A DNA stretch of 64,000 bases from a bacterium (GTDB lineage: Bacteria > Patescibacteriota > Minisyncoccia > Phycocordibacterales > UBA2100): contig JAYPJF010000001.1 in the NCBI GenBank assembly GCA_038128225.1, positions 240,419 to 304,418 on the forward strand, given 5' to 3'. The position numbers were made by a program, and so were the translations under genes. A model generated the notes under the pieces. That model saw only the letters and a program-made list of their open reading frames with translations. It was not told the DNA's origin and made no database searches. Below, piece after piece: positions 28,288 through 37,784 of the stretch (positions are counted from its first letter, which is position 1; every line of letters starts with the position of its first letter).

Positions 28288-28710
28288 ATGGCAAAAAAAG
28301 TAGCAAAACTAATCAAGTTACAATTAGAAGCAGGGAAAGCGACTGCAGCGCCGCCAGTTGGTACGGTGCTCGGCCCTGCCGGGGTAAATATTGGCGAGTT
28401 TGTGAAGCAGTTTAACGAGGTGACCCGGGACAAAATGGGAACGATCATACCTGTTTTGATGACGGTGTACGAAGATCGCAGCTTCACCTTCATCATGAAA
28501 AAACCGCCTGCGTCACGCTTGATTCTCAAAAAAGCGGGGCTCGCAAAAGGCTCAGGAAAGACTCCAAACGAAAAAGCAGGCGCCATCACACCGGCGCAGC
28601 TTGCAGAAATTGCGGAAGAAAAAATGGAAGATTTGAACGCGGGCTCGTTGGACGCTGCGAAAAAAATTATCGCTGGCACTGCGCGTTCGATGGGGGTCGA
28701 CATAAAGTAA
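28288..28710 (+). CDS. rplK: 50S ribosomal protein L11
   Basis: [34 protein letters not shown] and [22 protein letters not shown] motifs. Confidence 0.9.
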   Translation: MAKKVAKLIKLQLEAGKATAAPPVGTVLGPAGVNIGEFVKQFNEVTRDKMGTIIPVLMTVYEDRSFTFIMKKPPASRLILKKAGLAKGSGKTPNEKAGAITPAQLAEIAEEKMEDLNAGSLDAAKKIIAGTARSMGVDIK

Positions 28711-28729
28711 CACAACAACTCAATACAAG

Positions 28730-28765
28730 TTACCCTCGCGCAAGTGGCGGGGGTAATTTGTTTTT
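28730..28765 (+). terminator. intrinsic terminator after rplK
   Basis: TTACCCTCGC-gcaagtg-GCGGGGGTAA then aTTTGTTTTTg. Confidence 0.55.
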
Positions 28766-28807
28766 GGGATTATGGTGTGGGGTATAAGTACAAAGAAGGA
28801 GAGCACG

Positions 28808-29725
28808 ATGAAACAGTATCTTGAGCTCTTACGGCATGTGCGAGAACGCGGTGTGTTCAAAGGAGATCGAACTGGAACCGGAACGTTGAGTGTTTTCGGT
28901 TATCAGTTCCGCCATCATCTCGAAGAAGGGTTTCCGCTTCTTACGACCAAGAAGGTCCCGTTTCGTCTCATTGTAGAAGAACTTCTTTGGTTCGTCGCGG
29001 GAGACACGCAGCTGCGGTCACTCGTGCAGAGAGATGTTCATATTTGGGACGAGTGGCCCTATAAGGCGTACCTTGTACGCAATGGGCAACCCATTCCCGC
29101 GACGAGTTCCGCAGAATGGGAGCAAGGAATCAAAGAGTTCACAGAGCGAATCAAGAACGACGCAGTGTTTGCCGATACGTATGGCGACCTCGGACCTGTT
29201 TACGGATATCAATGGCGATGCTGGCGAACTGCCAACGGGCAAGCGATTGATCAATTGCGCACTGTGGTGGAGCAGATCAAAGCAAACCCAAATTCGCGGC
29301 GACTTATCGTCTCGGCTTGGAATCCGGGCGATATTGAAGAGATGGCTAAGGCGGGGCTGCCACCATGCCACTGTCTCTTCCAGTTTTACGTCGCGGAAGG
29401 GAAATTGTCGTGCCAGTTGTACCAACGGTCGGCAGACGTATTCCTTGGGGTGCCGTTTAATATCGCAAGTTATGCACTCCTCACCATGATGATTGCGCAG
29501 GTGTGCGGTCTTCAGGTGGGAGAATTCGTGCATACGTTTGGCGACGTCCACATGTACCTCAACCATGGGGCGCAAGTCGACTTGCAGCTTTCGCGGACGC
29601 CAAAAGCGCTTCCGAAGGTGCTGCTTGATCCGAGTATTCGCGACATCGATGCGTTTCGTTTCGAGCATTTTGTGCTCGAAGGGTACGATCCGCATTTGGC
29701 CATCAAAGCACCGATTGCGGTGTGA
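28808..29725 (+). CDS. thyA: thymidylate synthase (ThyA type)
   Basis: [15 protein letters not shown].., [23 protein letters not shown] (catalytic Cys), [15 protein letters not shown]. Start moved to Met of MKQYL. Confidence 0.9.
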   Translation: MKQYLELLRHVRERGVFKGDRTGTGTLSVFGYQFRHHLEEGFPLLTTKKVPFRLIVEELLWFVAGDTQLRSLVQRDVHIWDEWPYKAYLVRNGQPIPATSSAEWEQGIKEFTERIKNDAVFADTYGDLGPVYGYQWRCWRTANGQAIDQLRTVVEQIKANPNSRRLIVSAWNPGDIEEMAKAGLPPCHCLFQFYVAEGKLSCQLYQRSADVFLGVPFNIASYALLTMMIAQVCGLQVGEFVHTFGDVHMYLNHGAQVDLQLSRTPKALPKVLLDPSIRDIDAFRFEHFVLEGYDPHLAIKAPIAV

Positions 29726-29743
29726 TAATGACACAAAAGAAAA

Positions 29744-29776
29744 GCGCCGGAGACAAGCTCCGGCGCCTTGTTATTT
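29744..29776. terminator. bidirectional terminator between convergent thyA and folA
   Basis: GCGCCGGAG-acaag-CTCCGGCGC perfect 9-bp stem with T-rich flanks on both strands. Confidence 0.55.
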
Positions 29777-30286
29777 CCTGTCCCAAATACGATAGACCAC
29801 TTTTGGTTCGCGCGCCATGTGTGTGGTGATGGTAAGGTTGCAGTGCCACTGGTCCTGATCCCATGGAGGAAAGTAGGTGTCTCCAGGCTCGTCGACACTT
29901 ATCTCACTCAGATGCATACGAGTGGCGACACGAAGTCCCTCTTCGTACACGGAAACTCCTCCAGCGATAAGAACTTCACTCGATCGGTTGGCAAGCCTCA
30001 GAGCCTCCTCAAATGTCGCAGCGGTTGTGTAATCTTCGTTATGAAGTATCCGCGAGCGTGTAAGTACAATAAAGCGCCTCCCGCCCGGTACTTTTTCGTT
30101 ATTGTGACGTCGTATCGATTCAAATGTCTTACGCCCTACAATTACGTCTTTACCCATAGTGATCCGTTTAAAGCGGCGTAAGTCACTTGGCACGCACCAG
30201 GGGAGTGTACCAGCGCGTCCGATGACGCCTTTTGTACTATGCGCCGCAACAATCACTATGCGTTTGCTTTGAGATACCTTGTACAT
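29771..30286 (-). CDS. folA: dihydrofolate reductase
   Basis: IVAAHSTKGVIGRAGTLPW, LRRFKRITMGKDVIVGRKTFESI, LIAGGVSVYEE motifs. Confidence 0.85.
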   Translation of the reverse strand: MYKVSQSKRIVIVAAHSTKGVIGRAGTLPWCVPSDLRRFKRITMGKDVIVGRKTFESIRRHNNEKVPGGRRFIVLTRSRILHNEDYTTAATFEEALRLANRSSEVLIAGGVSVYEEGLRVATRMHLSEISVDEPGDTYFPPWDQDQWHCNLTITTHMAREPKVVYRIWDRK

Positions 30287-30423
30287 CGCGCGGTCTCCTC
30301 AAGCTGCTGACTCGCCGCACTGTAAAACAGTCAGAGGATAGTGCAAGTACAATAGAACTGACCTTGTGTGCAATGCGAGTGAGCTGATACAACTAGCACA
30401 GACTGTTCTTAAGGAGGAAAGCT

Positions 30424-31527
30424 ATGGTGTTACCACGACAGTATCTGTACGATCTCGCGTTTGGCAAACAGCCTATGATTAAGGCCGACAGTGGCCTGAA
30501 AGCAGAACAGGTACAAATCGCGTCGGTGGATTGTACGCTGCGAGGGCCAGCGTACCGCGTCCGTGCCGCGGAGCTTCCACAGCAAGAGACGGTACAAGAA
30601 CTGATCGAACGCAATCGTTGGTACGACTTCAGTCTTACCGGTGATCGCACACACGTGCTTGAGCGTGGAGCGACGTACATTATTCCGCTCGCTGAATCAC
30701 TGGCGCTCCCTGATGATATGTGGGCAGAGTTCTCGCCCAAAAGCTCAACGGGGCGGTGCGACGTGTTCGTGCGAGTTCTTACTGATCGGTATGCGCACTA
30801 TGACCGCACCGCAGTGGGGTATCGAGGACGCTTGTATCTTGAAATCACTCCACTGTCGTTCAATGTGCGGGTACAACAAGGTTTGTCGCTTACGCAGTTT
30901 CGTGTACGCTCGCAAACAAGCAGGCGTGTAACACGAGAAGAGTTGATGCGATTTCATGCACGCTACGGCATCATGCGCGATCGTGACGGTGTGCCACTTC
31001 CGCATGAGGCACTGCGGGCAAACGGCGGAGGTCTTTACTATCACGTTGATCTTGATCGCGTGATAGTGGGGTTTGAGTCTCTTGCGAGCCCCGGTGAAGA
31101 GTTGGATCTTACCCAAGATGCAGTGCATGATCCAGACGATTTTTGGCGACCAATTGTGCGGCCAAAAGATAGGCGGCTCATCTTAACCCCCGGACACTTC
31201 TATCTTCTCGCAACGGCTGAACGCACCGTTATTCCTCCGGAGATTTGTGGCCAGATTTTGCCGTATGAAATTTCCTCAGGAGAGTTTCGGCCTCACTACG
31301 CTGGGTTTTTCGACAACGGGTTTGGTGGCGAAGGCGGAACCGTGGGGGTGCTCGAAGTGCGTTGTAGGGATGTCCCTTGCTCACTTCGGCATGGGCACCC
31401 GGTATGCCGTATGGATTTCGAGTTCACTACTGAAGTACCGGAGATGCTCTACAAAGGGAATTACACTGGTTCAGGTCCCTCGCTCTCAAAGCACTTCAAG
31501 CGACGCTATGAAGTGTGGGGTTCGTGA
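30424..31527 (+). CDS. long-form dCTP deaminase-like protein (DCD/dUTPase-fold family); assignment leans on context
   Basis: 367 aa, no TM, sits between folA and tmk in a dTMP-synthesis cluster; composition/length consistent with the ~360-aa 2'-deoxycytidine 5'-triphosphate deaminase family, but I cannot point to a diagnostic motif. Confidence 0.4.
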   Translation: MVLPRQYLYDLAFGKQPMIKADSGLKAEQVQIASVDCTLRGPAYRVRAAELPQQETVQELIERNRWYDFSLTGDRTHVLERGATYIIPLAESLALPDDMWAEFSPKSSTGRCDVFVRVLTDRYAHYDRTAVGYRGRLYLEITPLSFNVRVQQGLSLTQFRVRSQTSRRVTREELMRFHARYGIMRDRDGVPLPHEALRANGGGLYYHVDLDRVIVGFESLASPGEELDLTQDAVHDPDDFWRPIVRPKDRRLILTPGHFYLLATAERTVIPPEICGQILPYEISSGEFRPHYAGFFDNGFGGEGGTVGVLEVRCRDVPCSLRHGHPVCRMDFEFTTEVPEMLYKGNYTGSGPSLSKHFKRRYEVWGS

Positions 31528-31534
31528 ATTTTGA

Positions 31535-31565
31535 CCGCCGGCTTTTCGGAGCCGGCGGTTTTTAC
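31535..31565 (+). terminator. intrinsic terminator after dcd-like gene
   Basis: CCGCCGGCT-tttcgg-AGCCGGCGG then TTTTTacgc. Confidence 0.55.
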
Positions 31566-32236
31566 GCTTGCTGAAATTCGTATTCTTCAAACACCAACCC
31601 TTTTCCGGGGCGTTTTGCAATTTGCAGGACCTCATTCACCCCCGGCATGGTATTTTCTTTGAGCAGCTCTGTTTCCGAGATCCATCGCACTTTGCCAAAA
31701 GGAGGATCTTGAAGCAGTGCTCCTTTGGGGGTGGTTACCAAAAACACATGGGCAAGCGTGTGGGAAATCACTTCATTTTTTGGATCAGTGGTAAGCAAGT
31801 AGGCGATCCCTTTTTGTATTAATGTTCCGCTTAGCCCCGTTTTCTCTTTAAGTTCTCGCTCAGCCGCTTTCTGAATCTGCTCACCGAGATGGATTTTTCC
31901 ATAGGGAAATCCAATCATACCGAGAAAAGGCAGTTTGTTGCGGGTGTACACTGCATAGTGTCCGCGACTATTTTTACACACGAGCAGTGTGACGATTTTT
32001 GGTTGAATGCGCACGAAGAAATGTTCAAGATTCACATTCGTACAGTGACGCACGCCTTTTGTCGACAGTGCGTACCCTGAATCTTTTTTGAGGACGTACC
32101 CCTTTTTTATAAGCGACTTGAGGTGATAACTAAACTGATTGCCTTCAATGTGTGCCGGCTTGAGTTGTGAGTAGGCGAGCGAGCGATTCATGCACAGTGC
32201 TTTAAGTACCTGCTTTTGAATAACGTGAAGTGACAT
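31562..32236 (-). CDS. Nudix hydrolase with N-terminal winged-helix domain
   Basis: Nudix box GFPYGKIHLGEQIQKAAERELKEKTGL (G.5E.7REuxEExGu); N-terminal IQKQVLKAL..YSQL..HLKSLIKKGYV helix-turn-helix-like. Confidence 0.7.
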   Translation of the reverse strand: MSLHVIQKQVLKALCMNRSLAYSQLKPAHIEGNQFSYHLKSLIKKGYVLKKDSGYALSTKGVRHCTNVNLEHFFVRIQPKIVTLLVCKNSRGHYAVYTRNKLPFLGMIGFPYGKIHLGEQIQKAAERELKEKTGLSGTLIQKGIAYLLTTDPKNEVISHTLAHVFLVTTPKGALLQDPPFGKVRWISETELLKENTMPGVNEVLQIAKRPGKGLVFEEYEFQQA

Positions 32237-32370
32237 GGGCGAAGCGTAGCGCGAGAGGGGTTTGAGTCAAGGCAACGAAAGTTGACTCAATACGGTAATG
32301 ACGCAAACCTACTTGTCTTTTTCTCAGATGAACGGTTTGCAATAGTACGCATGGGTTCTTTATCACGGAG

Positions 32371-32763
32371 GTGACAATGCGTTCGGTCGCAGGACTTTTC
32401 ACCATCAGTAATAAAAAAATCCCGAGAACGTTGCTTGTGTTTAAAAATGGATTTTGGTTTTTTCCTGGTGGCAAACAAGAAGTGGGAGAGTCGTTGCTCG
32501 AAACACTTGCGCGTGAAGTGTCCGAAGAGCTCGCGCTCAGTTTTGCGTGTATACCGACGCTTTTGCACCAAGGGGTATTTACCGTGGCACGGGAGGAACA
32601 GTATCGATTCTATACGTTTTCGTGTGATTCTGAACACCTGGTCGGAGTCCCGACTTTACGACCAGCCGATACTGTAAAAGCGTGGGCCTGGGTCGACGAG
32701 CCGCTGAGCCTGAATCTAACGTCCCACGCACGATTCATCGTTTCCGAGTTTGGAGTGTGGTGA
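32371..32763 (+). CDS. Nudix hydrolase (MutT-like)
   Basis: Nudix box FPGGKQEVGESLLETLAREVSEELAL. Confidence 0.7.
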   Translation: MTMRSVAGLFTISNKKIPRTLLVFKNGFWFFPGGKQEVGESLLETLAREVSEELALSFACIPTLLHQGVFTVAREEQYRFYTFSCDSEHLVGVPTLRPADTVKAWAWVDEPLSLNLTSHARFIVSEFGVW

Positions 32764-32850
32764 TCATTGCGGCCACTCTGTGGCCGCACTTTACTGGTCT
32801 AACGTACCGAGTATTATGCGCACAGAAACAATAGGAATAAGGAGCCAACT

Positions 32851-33486
32851 ATGCACAAGGGCGCGCTGGTAGTTTTTGATGGAGGCGAAGGAAGTGGTAA
32901 GAGCACGGTGTGTGCTTCGGTAGCGAGCCTTTTAAATGGCTGTGTCGTGCGTACCCGGGAACCAGGAGGAACGGCGTATGCTGAGCGCATTCGTGAGTTG
33001 ATTCTCGATCCGACCGCGGGCAAACAGAGTCCCGAGACGATGTTTGGTTTGTTCTGGGCGGCGCGCGCGGCGCATATACAACAGCTACTTGTCCCGAAAC
33101 TTGAGGAAGGGAAAGTAGTCGTGTGTGATCGTTTTGATTCGTCTACATGGGCATATCAAATCCGAGGACAAGAGCAAAACCAGCTTGTCCAGTTATTCTG
33201 GGTCATGCGCGAGCACTATCTTAAGCCGTTGAAGAACTGGGCGATTCACTACATCATTTGCGATGTCGACCCACGTATTGGGCTCGCGCGCGTACAAAAT
33301 CGAGGTGGTGCCGCGACTCATTTTGACGCGCGAGAACTCGAATTTCATGAGCGCGTGCGCGCTGGTTTTCTCGAGTTTGCCCACTGGAATGATCCAGAGA
33401 TTGCACACACTATCATTAATGCGAATCATCCCGCCGAAATGGTGCGCGACACAGCGACGGAGTGTGTGCGTGATGTTATGAGGTAG
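32851..33486 (+). CDS. tmk: thymidylate kinase
   Basis: P-loop VVFDGGEGSGKST, TREPGGT, DRFDSSTWAYQ motifs. Confidence 0.85.
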   Translation: MHKGALVVFDGGEGSGKSTVCASVASLLNGCVVRTREPGGTAYAERIRELILDPTAGKQSPETMFGLFWAARAAHIQQLLVPKLEEGKVVVCDRFDSSTWAYQIRGQEQNQLVQLFWVMREHYLKPLKNWAIHYIICDVDPRIGLARVQNRGGAATHFDARELEFHERVRAGFLEFAHWNDPEIAHTIINANHPAEMVRDTATECVRDVMR

Positions 33487-33490
33487 AGAA

Positions 33491-33520
33491 GCGCCGCTGC
33501 GAGACAGCGGCGCTTTTTTT
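33491..33520 (+). terminator. intrinsic terminator after tmk
   Basis: GCGCCGCTG-cgaga-CAGCGGCGC then TTTTTTTg. Confidence 0.6.
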
Positions 33521-33536
33521 GTGCATACTCTCATAT

Positions 33537-35201
33537 ATGGAACTTTTAATGATGGTACGGAAAGAAATAGAGCGCGCATGCGGGGCGCTTGGCGTCACGG
33601 CATTAGTGGAACTGGAGCACGCGCAAGACCTACAACATGGGGACCTTACTACCAATATTGCGCTCGTTGCTGCTAAGGACGCGGGGAAATCACCACGCGA
33701 GCTCGCACAACACATCATCCAGAATCTCGCTCCTATTGAAGGAATTGAGCGTGCAGACATCGCTGGTCCTGGGTTCATCAACTTCAGATTTTCGCAAGAG
33801 TATATACATACCCAGGTCACGCACATACTTTCGGACCCTACCACCTGGGGTAGGATTTCAGAACAAACTGGTGAAACTATCATGGTCGAGTTTACCGACC
33901 CGAATCCTTTCAAAGCATTCCATATCGGACACCTTATGTCGAATACTATCGGTGAAGCAATTGCACGTACACTAGAAAACGCGGGCGCAAAAGTAATCCG
34001 AGCAAATTACCAGGGTGACGTTGGGGTACATATCGCGTGCGCACTGTGGGGCATCCAGCAGTTGGGAATTGATCCGCACACTGCGGATGAATTTGGACGC
34101 GCGTACGCTCGTGGCGCGACTGCGTACAAGGAAAACCAAGAAGCAAAAAAAGAAATTGATTTGATCAACAAGAAACTCTATGAGCGAAGCGATCCGGTAC
34201 TTAATGAAGTGTATGATACGGGGCGGACGCACTCGCTCGAAGCGTTCGAGCGTATTTACGGAATTCTCGGAACCAAATTCGATCATTATTTTTTTGAAAG
34301 CGAAGTAGCCGCGGTTGGTAAAGCAATTATTGAGGCGCATCCAGGTATTTTTATTGAATCCGATGGCGCACGTATTTTCAAAGGAGAAGAATACGGGTTA
34401 CATACGCGTGTTTTTCTTAACAACAAAGGATTGCCCACGTACGAGGCGAAAGAGCTTGGTCTTGAAAAAACCAAGATGGACCTTTACCCCGATACAACGC
34501 GTATGCTTGTGGTTACTGCACACGAAATCGTCGAATATTTTAAAGTGCTCAAAAAAGCGATGGAGCTCGTGTATCCAGACATTGCAGAGAAGCTTATGCA
34601 TGTACCGCACGGCATGATGAGGCTCGCCTCGGGGAAAATGAGCTCGCGGACGGGAAACGTGGTTACGGGTGAAGTGCTCATTGCCGCACTTACTGATGCT
34701 GCACGCGAACGTGCAAAAGATAGTCGAGCTGACGATCCAGAAAGACTCGCGCAGGAAGTTGCTGTTGCGGCAATAAAGTATCAAATCTTGAAGCAAGGGA
34801 TGCAAAAAGACATTATCTTTAACGAAGAGCAAGCGCTTTCGCTTGAGGGGGATTCAGGGCCATACCTCCAATACACACACGCGCGGACTCGTGCACTTTT
34901 ACGAAAAGCGAACGAACAACACGTAACACCAGACGCTCACCATGTGGTCTCGGGGAACGAGATTGTACGCCGTGCATTGCAATTCCCGTATGTCGCAAAG
35001 CGCAGCGCAACAGAGCTTGCGCCGCACTACATTGCGCAGTTCGCGACACTACTGGCGGGCCAGTTTAATACGTGGTACTCACAAGAACAGATTCTCGATA
35101 CTGACGATACGAGGCATAAAATTGCTGTGGTTAGTGTAGTGGCAGAAACACTCAAGAACGCTCTGTACATGCTCGGGATTAAAGGACCAGAAACGATGTA
35201 G
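33537..35201 (+). CDS. argS: arginine--tRNA ligase
   Basis: HIGH motif (FKAFHIGHLMSN), anticodon-binding C-terminal domain, ~555 aa. The ORF track's TTG start at 33519 sits in the terminator T-run; ATG at 33537 (MELLMM) preferred. Confidence 0.9.
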   Translation: MELLMMVRKEIERACGALGVTALVELEHAQDLQHGDLTTNIALVAAKDAGKSPRELAQHIIQNLAPIEGIERADIAGPGFINFRFSQEYIHTQVTHILSDPTTWGRISEQTGETIMVEFTDPNPFKAFHIGHLMSNTIGEAIARTLENAGAKVIRANYQGDVGVHIACALWGIQQLGIDPHTADEFGRAYARGATAYKENQEAKKEIDLINKKLYERSDPVLNEVYDTGRTHSLEAFERIYGILGTKFDHYFFESEVAAVGKAIIEAHPGIFIESDGARIFKGEEYGLHTRVFLNNKGLPTYEAKELGLEKTKMDLYPDTTRMLVVTAHEIVEYFKVLKKAMELVYPDIAEKLMHVPHGMMRLASGKMSSRTGNVVTGEVLIAALTDAARERAKDSRADDPERLAQEVAVAAIKYQILKQGMQKDIIFNEEQALSLEGDSGPYLQYTHARTRALLRKANEQHVTPDAHHVVSGNEIVRRALQFPYVAKRSATELAPHYIAQFATLLAGQFNTWYSQEQILDTDDTRHKIAVVSVVAETLKNALYMLGIKGPETM

Positions 35202-35213
35202 TAAGCTACTGAG

Positions 35214-36758
35214 GTGGCATGGTACTGGTATACCCTCACAAGCGCGGCGGCCTTGTTTTTTGCATTCCTAACGCCACTGTACGCTCAGATATTTGCATGT
35301 ATCGGAATCGCGCTCTTCGCAGCGCCTCTTGATCGAGAGGTGGTTCCTAAAAGGGCAACGATCCACTGCGTTGTTGTTGCGACGGTAAGTGCAGCGGGTT
35401 CAATGTTCTGGTTTTGGGACACGCTTCCACTTACGTGGTTGGGTATATCGCATACTGCACAAGCAGTGCTTGTTGTTGGCATTACGTGGGTGATTTTGAG
35501 TATAACGTTTGGTTTGGGGTTTCTGCTTTTTCGCGCGCTTTTTTCTATCGGAAGAAGTGGCACTTGGGTCGATGTTCCATTTTTTAGCTCATTGTGGGTG
35601 ACAAGTGAGTATCTTGGGATGTGGTTATTTGCGCTTGTATCTCTCGGGCCGGGCATTTCTCTTGAACCGCATTTTAGTTTTGCTTTTGTTGGGTATCTTT
35701 TTGCAGAAAGCCCCTTTGCGTTACCGATCGCGGCATGGGGAGGAGTGTATGCACTGAGCGCGCTTGCGACATGTGCGGGGTTTATATGTGCGCGCGCCTA
35801 TACTTCATTTTGGTATAGCGCTACAGCCGCGGTACTCTTCGTCTGTTTCGTGTGGGCAGGCGCCCCTGAGCACCCCGCGAGTATTGCGGCCCACACACAA
35901 TCACTTGCGGTGCTACACACAAACATCCCGGCTCGTGCAGAGGTTGAGTCAGGCTCTCTAGAAGTCGAACGGTTGCGAGAGCTTATTGAGGAAGCTCAGC
36001 AAACAAACCCTGATCTTATTGTGGTTCCTGAAGATATTCGCCTTTTTCAGCATATCGAAAAGTTTTTTTTGAACACAGGCCCTATCCCCACGATTGGATC
36101 AACACGCACTTTTATTGAACCACCTCAAGAGCGGTTGTGGGAATATACACGCGATGGAGCACAGCTCACGCGCGCAAAGTTCTTACTGCTACCATACGGT
36201 GAGTATGTGCCATATCTCGGAGGCTTCATTGTGCATATGGTCGTAGGCGAACATGCTGTTCGGTTTGTGCAAGAAACACGAGCACAAGTGTCTGCTGATC
36301 GTGGCGACACAAGAGGCATCTTCGGTGCTTACACACGTTTTTGTTCCGAGATTCTGAGCCCTGTGTTATTCGTAGAAGACGCTCGTCGAGGTGCGCCTTT
36401 TTTATTACATCTCGCAAATTTCTCGTGGTTTCATGGGTCCGCGCTTTTGGAGCGGAGAATACTGTCTATGGCTCGCGTGCGTGCGGTGGAAGCTGACCGA
36501 TGGTTTATTTCTGCGGGCAACATAGGAGCGAGTTATGTGGTTGATGAACGAGGTGCGTTGGTTGCCAAGCGTTCCGACGAGGGAATTCTTCGTGTTGCCA
36601 TTCCGTCGCGTGCTTCAGAGACTTTGTATCAGCATGTGTACGTATACGTACCGTACTTTTTTCTTGTATATGTACTTGTCCACATAGTAATCATGACGCG
36701 CATGAGTGCGCGGTATACTGGGGCTACCTATGGACGAGAACAGCGCTCAGGTGAGTGA
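35214..36758 (+). CDS. lnt: apolipoprotein N-acyltransferase-like protein (N-terminal polytopic membrane domain + C-terminal CN-hydrolase domain)
   Basis: 6-8 N-terminal TM helices, then nitrilase-superfamily triad context: LIVVPED (Glu), KFLLLPYGEYVP (Lys), FCSEIL (Cys), as in Lnt. Confidence 0.6.
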   Translation: MAWYWYTLTSAAALFFAFLTPLYAQIFACIGIALFAAPLDREVVPKRATIHCVVVATVSAAGSMFWFWDTLPLTWLGISHTAQAVLVVGITWVILSITFGLGFLLFRALFSIGRSGTWVDVPFFSSLWVTSEYLGMWLFALVSLGPGISLEPHFSFAFVGYLFAESPFALPIAAWGGVYALSALATCAGFICARAYTSFWYSATAAVLFVCFVWAGAPEHPASIAAHTQSLAVLHTNIPARAEVESGSLEVERLRELIEEAQQTNPDLIVVPEDIRLFQHIEKFFLNTGPIPTIGSTRTFIEPPQERLWEYTRDGAQLTRAKFLLLPYGEYVPYLGGFIVHMVVGEHAVRFVQETRAQVSADRGDTRGIFGAYTRFCSEILSPVLFVEDARRGAPFLLHLANFSWFHGSALLERRILSMARVRAVEADRWFISAGNIGASYVVDERGALVAKRSDEGILRVAIPSRASETLYQHVYVYVPYFFLVYVLVHIVIMTRMSARYTGATYGREQRSGE

Positions 36759-37779
36759 CGCAAACCAGTCTAGTGCATGGATTTGGCTAGTGCTGGGTGT
36801 TGCAGCGCTCATTGGTATTTTTTATGTTGCAGGGTCCTCTGGGCCCAAAACGGATACTGCTGATGAAGATACGACCGCAGGGCACGGGCGCATCTATTTG
36901 TCATTAGTTCGGCCAAATGAGGAGCGTTTTTATCCGTACGTGATTGATGTCGCAAATCGAGAACTGCGCAAACTCGATGACGGAAGCGAGGCGATCATGC
37001 TTTTCCACAACTTCAGTGATGGGTTGGTGAGTTTTATCGGCACGACTGTTTCTGAGTATGAAAAAGAAAGAGGAGCTCTCAACAAAGCACTCCAATTTTA
37101 CGTCGCTCCTGCAACTGACCAGGATATTCCAACACTCGCGGACGCGGTGCGTGTCACAAATTCTGACCAGTATGCAAAACGGGCGCCGGATTTGTCACCT
37201 AACGGAGCGCAGTTATTGTACTCGGCCCTTCCACGGGAAGACTCGGTGATACTCGACGATGCGGAAGCGTGGGATGTATATATCGTTTCAACACAAGGGG
37301 GGAAGCCGGAGTTTGTAACACGGGGAATTTTTCCCAAGTGGCTCAACGATAGCCAGTTTGTGGTGCTAAAGAATGACGGCTTGCATATGTTTGATGTGCG
37401 CAGTGATACAGACGAGATATTGTGGGAAGTCGAAGGCGATATCGCGCTTTCGAACATGATGCTTCATGTTTCTGAAAATCGACGCGTCATTGCGTGGACC
37501 GCTCCAGACGCCGGGCTCTTGATGGTGCTGCGAATCCACTCACTCGATCCTCTTGAGGTTTCGGGAAACGAAATTTCTGAAGTCCATGGGTTTTGGCCGG
37601 TGGTTTCCCCTGATGGTGACTTTGTGGCGATTCAGGCGGTTGACTGGGGTGCACTCGAAACTGACCCAAGTCCTGAACTTCGCATCTATGATACTGCAAC
37701 CCTCACTCTCAAGGGAAGCACTGTTGATTTGAGCATGTTTGACCAGCAACGTATGTTCGTGACTGACTGGCGTGAGTAA
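36730..37779 (+). CDS. membrane-anchored beta-propeller-like (TolB/PD40-type) hypothetical protein
   Basis: N-terminal TM (WIWLVLGVAALIGIFYVAG), repeated ..SPDG..-type strands (LSPNGAQLLYSA, VVSPDGDFVAIQA); overlaps lnt-like gene end. Confidence 0.4.
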   Translation: MDENSAQVSDANQSSAWIWLVLGVAALIGIFYVAGSSGPKTDTADEDTTAGHGRIYLSLVRPNEERFYPYVIDVANRELRKLDDGSEAIMLFHNFSDGLVSFIGTTVSEYEKERGALNKALQFYVAPATDQDIPTLADAVRVTNSDQYAKRAPDLSPNGAQLLYSALPREDSVILDDAEAWDVYIVSTQGGKPEFVTRGIFPKWLNDSQFVVLKNDGLHMFDVRSDTDEILWEVEGDIALSNMMLHVSENRRVIAWTAPDAGLLMVLRIHSLDPLEVSGNEISEVHGFWPVVSPDGDFVAIQAVDWGALETDPSPELRIYDTATLTLKGSTVDLSMFDQQRMFVTDWRE

Positions 37780-37784
37780 CTGCT

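Noticed and set aside
33519-33536. TTG start for argS at 33519
   Set aside because: It lies inside the T-tract of the tmk terminator. The in-frame ATG at 33537 is more plausible.
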